This document shows, in pieces, positions 22,025 through 24,000 of a stretch of 24,000 nt of DNA (the first letter of the stretch is position 1; each line of letters opens with the position of its first letter). The translations under genes and the position numbers were made by a program. The notes beneath the pieces are model-generated. The model was not told the origin of the DNA and ran no database searches. It saw only the letters and a program-made list of their open reading frames with translations. The DNA is from Pyrinomonadaceae bacterium. Its GTDB lineage: Bacteria; Acidobacteriota; Blastocatellia; Pyrinomonadales; Pyrinomonadaceae. The stretch spans positions 3,129 through 27,128 of the forward strand of contig DASVUD010000028.1 of the NCBI GenBank assembly GCA_036387235.1, given 5' to 3'.

Positions 22025-22936
22025 ATGACGTTACAAGTCGAATGGCTGCGCGGGTGCGCGACGGCGTTGGTGACGCCGTTCGGGGCGGACGGGTCGGTTG
22101 ACGAGGAGCGTCTGACGGCGCTCGTCGATAGACAGATCGAGGGCGGCGTCCGTCTGCTCGTGCCGTGCGGGACGACGGGTGAGAGCGCGACGATGACGGA
22201 AGAGGAAGACCGTCTCGTGATTCGTCTGACGATTGAAGCGGCGCGCGCGAGGGGTGCGCGCGTCATCGCGGGCACGGGCAGCAATTCGACCTCGGCCGCT
22301 ATCGAATACGCGCGCGCGGCGCGCGCGGCGGGCGCGGATGCCGTGCTCGTCGTCGCGCCCTTCTACAACAAGCCGACGCAGGAAGGCTTGTACGCGCACT
22401 TCCGCGCGGTGGCCGAGTCGGTCGCGAGGTTGCCCGTCGTCATCTACAACGTGCCGGGTCGCACCTCTTCAAACATCGCGGCGGCGACCGCGCTCCGGCT
22501 CGCGCGCGAAGTGGAAAACATCGTCGCCGTCAAAGAAGCCTCCGGCGACCTGTCGCAGATCATGGCGATCTTGCGCGAGCGTCCCGCGAACTTTCGCGTC
22601 CTCTCCGGCGACGACGCCTTGACGCTGCCCATGCTCGCGCTCGGCGCGGACGGCCTCATCTCCGTGGCCTCGAATGAGACGCCGGATTTGATGGCGCGCC
22701 TGTGCGAACTGGCGCTCGCCGGCGAGTGGGACGAGGCGCGCGCGCTCCACTTCCGCCTGCTGCCTTTGATGGAAGTCAACTTCATCGAGTCGAGTCCGGG
22801 GCCGGTCAAGGCGGCAATGAAGATGTTGAATTTGCTCGAAGAAAATTTCCGGCTCCCGCTCGTCCCCATTCAAGACAAGAGCCGCGCGCGCGTGCGCGAA
22901 GTGTTGACGGAACTCGGACTACTGACGAAACGATGA
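22025..22936 (+). CDS. dapA: 4-hydroxy-tetrahydrodipicolinate synthase DapA
   Basis: ALVTPF, LLVPCGTTGESATMT, VIAGTGSNST, YNKPTQEGLYAHF, VIYNVPGRT and VAVKEASGD (catalytic Lys motif). GAAGG RBS before ATG 22025. Confidence 0.95.
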   Translation: MTLQVEWLRGCATALVTPFGADGSVDEERLTALVDRQIEGGVRLLVPCGTTGESATMTEEEDRLVIRLTIEAARARGARVIAGTGSNSTSAAIEYARAARAAGADAVLVVAPFYNKPTQEGLYAHFRAVAESVARLPVVIYNVPGRTSSNIAAATALRLAREVENIVAVKEASGDLSQIMAILRERPANFRVLSGDDALTLPMLALGADGLISVASNETPDLMARLCELALAGEWDEARALHFRLLPLMEVNFIESSPGPVKAAMKMLNLLEENFRLPLVPIQDKSRARVREVLTELGLLTKR

Positions 22937-22947
22937 ACGGGAGACCG

Positions 22948-23018
22948 GTAAATAGTGAATGGTAAATGGTGAATGGTGAAAAAACAGTCTTCTACCATTT
23001 ACCATTCACCACTTTTAC
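22948..23018 (+). repeat. Palindromic heptamer-repeat hairpin element, copy C (dapA-dapD junction), GGTRAAT variant
   Basis: gtgaatggtaaatggt (22955..22970) pairs perfectly with accatttaccattcac (22994..23009). An outer gtaaa (22948..22952) / tttac (23014..23018) helix lies beyond a small internal loop. The apical loop is gaatggtgaaaaaacagtcttct. Confidence 0.7.
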
Positions 23019-23045
23019 TTCATCGTTTTTCATTAAGGGACTTTG

Positions 23046-23888
23046 ATGTCAAATTTGCAGGAACGCATCGAGGCGCTGGCGGCGAAAGCGCCGGGCAATT
23101 ACACGGAGGCGGACTTCGCGTTGTTCGCCGAGTTCAAGCAAGCGCTCAATCGCGGAGAAGCGCGCGCGGCCGAACGCGACGTTGACGGCGCGTGGCGCGT
23201 CAACGCGTGGGTCAAGCGCGGTATCCTCGCGGGCTTCCGCATGGGCGCGCTCGCCGAGATGTCGCCGCCCGGTGGCTCGCTTCAGTTCTTCGACAAAGAC
23301 ACTTATCCGATCCGCAAGTTCTCGACCGGAGACTCCGTGCGTTTAGTGCCCGGCGGATCGAGCGTGCGTGACGGCGCATACCTCGCGCCGGGCGTGGTCT
23401 GCATGCCGCCGATGTACGTCAACGTCGGCGCATACGTCGATGAGGGCACGATGATCGACAGTCACGCGCTCGTCGGCTCGTGCGCGCAGGTGGGCAAACG
23501 CGTGCACCTATCGGCGGCGGCGCAGGTGGGCGGCGTGCTCGAACCCGTGGGCGCAGCGCCCGTCTGTATCGAAGACGACGTACTGGTCGGCGGCGGCTGC
23601 GGCATCTACGAAGGCACGGTCGTGCGCGAACGCGCCGTGCTCGCCGCGGGCACGATCCTGACAGGCTCGACGCCCGTCTACGATCTCGTCCGCGAACAAA
23701 TCTATCGACGCACGGCGGACGACGCGCCGCTCGAAATCCCGGCGGGCGCAGTGGTCGTCCCCGGCTCACGCGCCGTCACGGGCGAGCGCGGGCGCGCGTG
23801 GGGGCTGTCGCTCTACGCGCCCGTCATCGTCAAATACCGCGACGAGAAGACAGACCGCGCCGTGCAGTTGGAGGACTTCCTGCGTTGA
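23046..23888 (+). CDS. dapD: 2,3,4,5-tetrahydropyridine-2,6-dicarboxylate N-succinyltransferase DapD
   Basis: Colinear with E. coli DapD as I remember it: ...[11 protein letters not shown]..., [77 protein letters not shown]. The start is ATG 23046 (the listed TTG 23043 is one codon earlier). Confidence 0.95.
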   Translation: MSNLQERIEALAAKAPGNYTEADFALFAEFKQALNRGEARAAERDVDGAWRVNAWVKRGILAGFRMGALAEMSPPGGSLQFFDKDTYPIRKFSTGDSVRLVPGGSSVRDGAYLAPGVVCMPPMYVNVGAYVDEGTMIDSHALVGSCAQVGKRVHLSAAAQVGGVLEPVGAAPVCIEDDVLVGGGCGIYEGTVVRERAVLAAGTILTGSTPVYDLVREQIYRRTADDAPLEIPAGAVVVPGSRAVTGERGRAWGLSLYAPVIVKYRDEKTDRAVQLEDFLR

Positions 23889-24000
23889 ACTCTGAAAGCG
23901 TTAGCGACAAAGCGCGCGACTTTCAACCGGCGGCGCGCTTGCGCGGTATCGAGAAGAGTATGATTCGTCAACTCTTCGACCGCGCGCGTCCGGGCAGCAT
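23885..24000 (+). CDS. Class I/II PLP-dependent aminotransferase (N-terminal fragment; candidate DapC-type), runs off the right edge
   Basis: TTG 23885 overlaps the dapD stop (TTGA). The open frame to the window end reads [38 protein letters not shown]. The IEKSMIR...F segment resembles the N-terminal arm of class I aminotransferases. Only 38 codons are visible. Confidence 0.55.
   Translation, partial: MNSESVSDKARDFQPAARLRGIEKSMIRQLFDRARPGS

Noticed and set aside
2619-23018. Interpreting the four hairpin elements as MITEs/IS remnants, tRNA-like genes or classical REP elements
   Set aside because: I see no target-site duplications or terminal repeats beyond the palindrome itself. There is no transposase in the window, no cloverleaf, and no GTAG/CTAC REP head. 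They are kept as an unclassified palindromic family instead.

Overview
GC-rich (about two-thirds G+C by eye) bacterial chromosomal window. The domain repertoire (Solibacter-type C-terminal Ig-like domains, a DUF4214-tailed subtilase, a Tes-like radical SAM enzyme) suggests an Acidobacteriota-like organism; this is inference only. I can support 16 protein genes and 1 tRNA. Left to right: a secreted TolB-like propeller protein (minus, runs off the left edge, missing from the ORF track), a 1255-aa multidomain S8 protease (minus), LptD (minus), a 258-aa protein of unknown function, an SDR/DUF1731 epimerase-family protein (minus), lpxB (+) convergent with lpxA-lpxD (minus), a ~690-bp intergenic region, a Tes/GDGT-MAS-like radical SAM enzyme plus a small secreted protein, tRNA-Gln(CUG), and a succinylase-branch lysine/DAP operon: lysC, M20 (DapE-like), dapB, dapA, dapD, aminotransferase (runs off the right edge). 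Three junctions in that operon have 4-nt start/stop overlaps. Most other ORF-track entries are Arg/Ala/Gly/Pro-rich shadow frames of these genes. I see no CRISPR, transposase, integrase, rRNA or recognisable defence genes. The unusual content is mostly non-coding: (1) four copies of an AT-rich ~70-75 nt palindromic element built from tandem heptamers with a conserved loop, one of which supplies the dapB stop codon; (2) three in-frame 27-nt copies of the lpxA 3-prime end, each with its own stop; (3) a 7-unit ~26-nt periodic array upstream of lpxA; (4) an orphan intrinsic terminator with no gene in front of it; (5) a 23-nt inverted repeat abutting the lpxB start. The most interesting coding observation is the Tes-like radical SAM gene sitting among lipid A/LPS genes.
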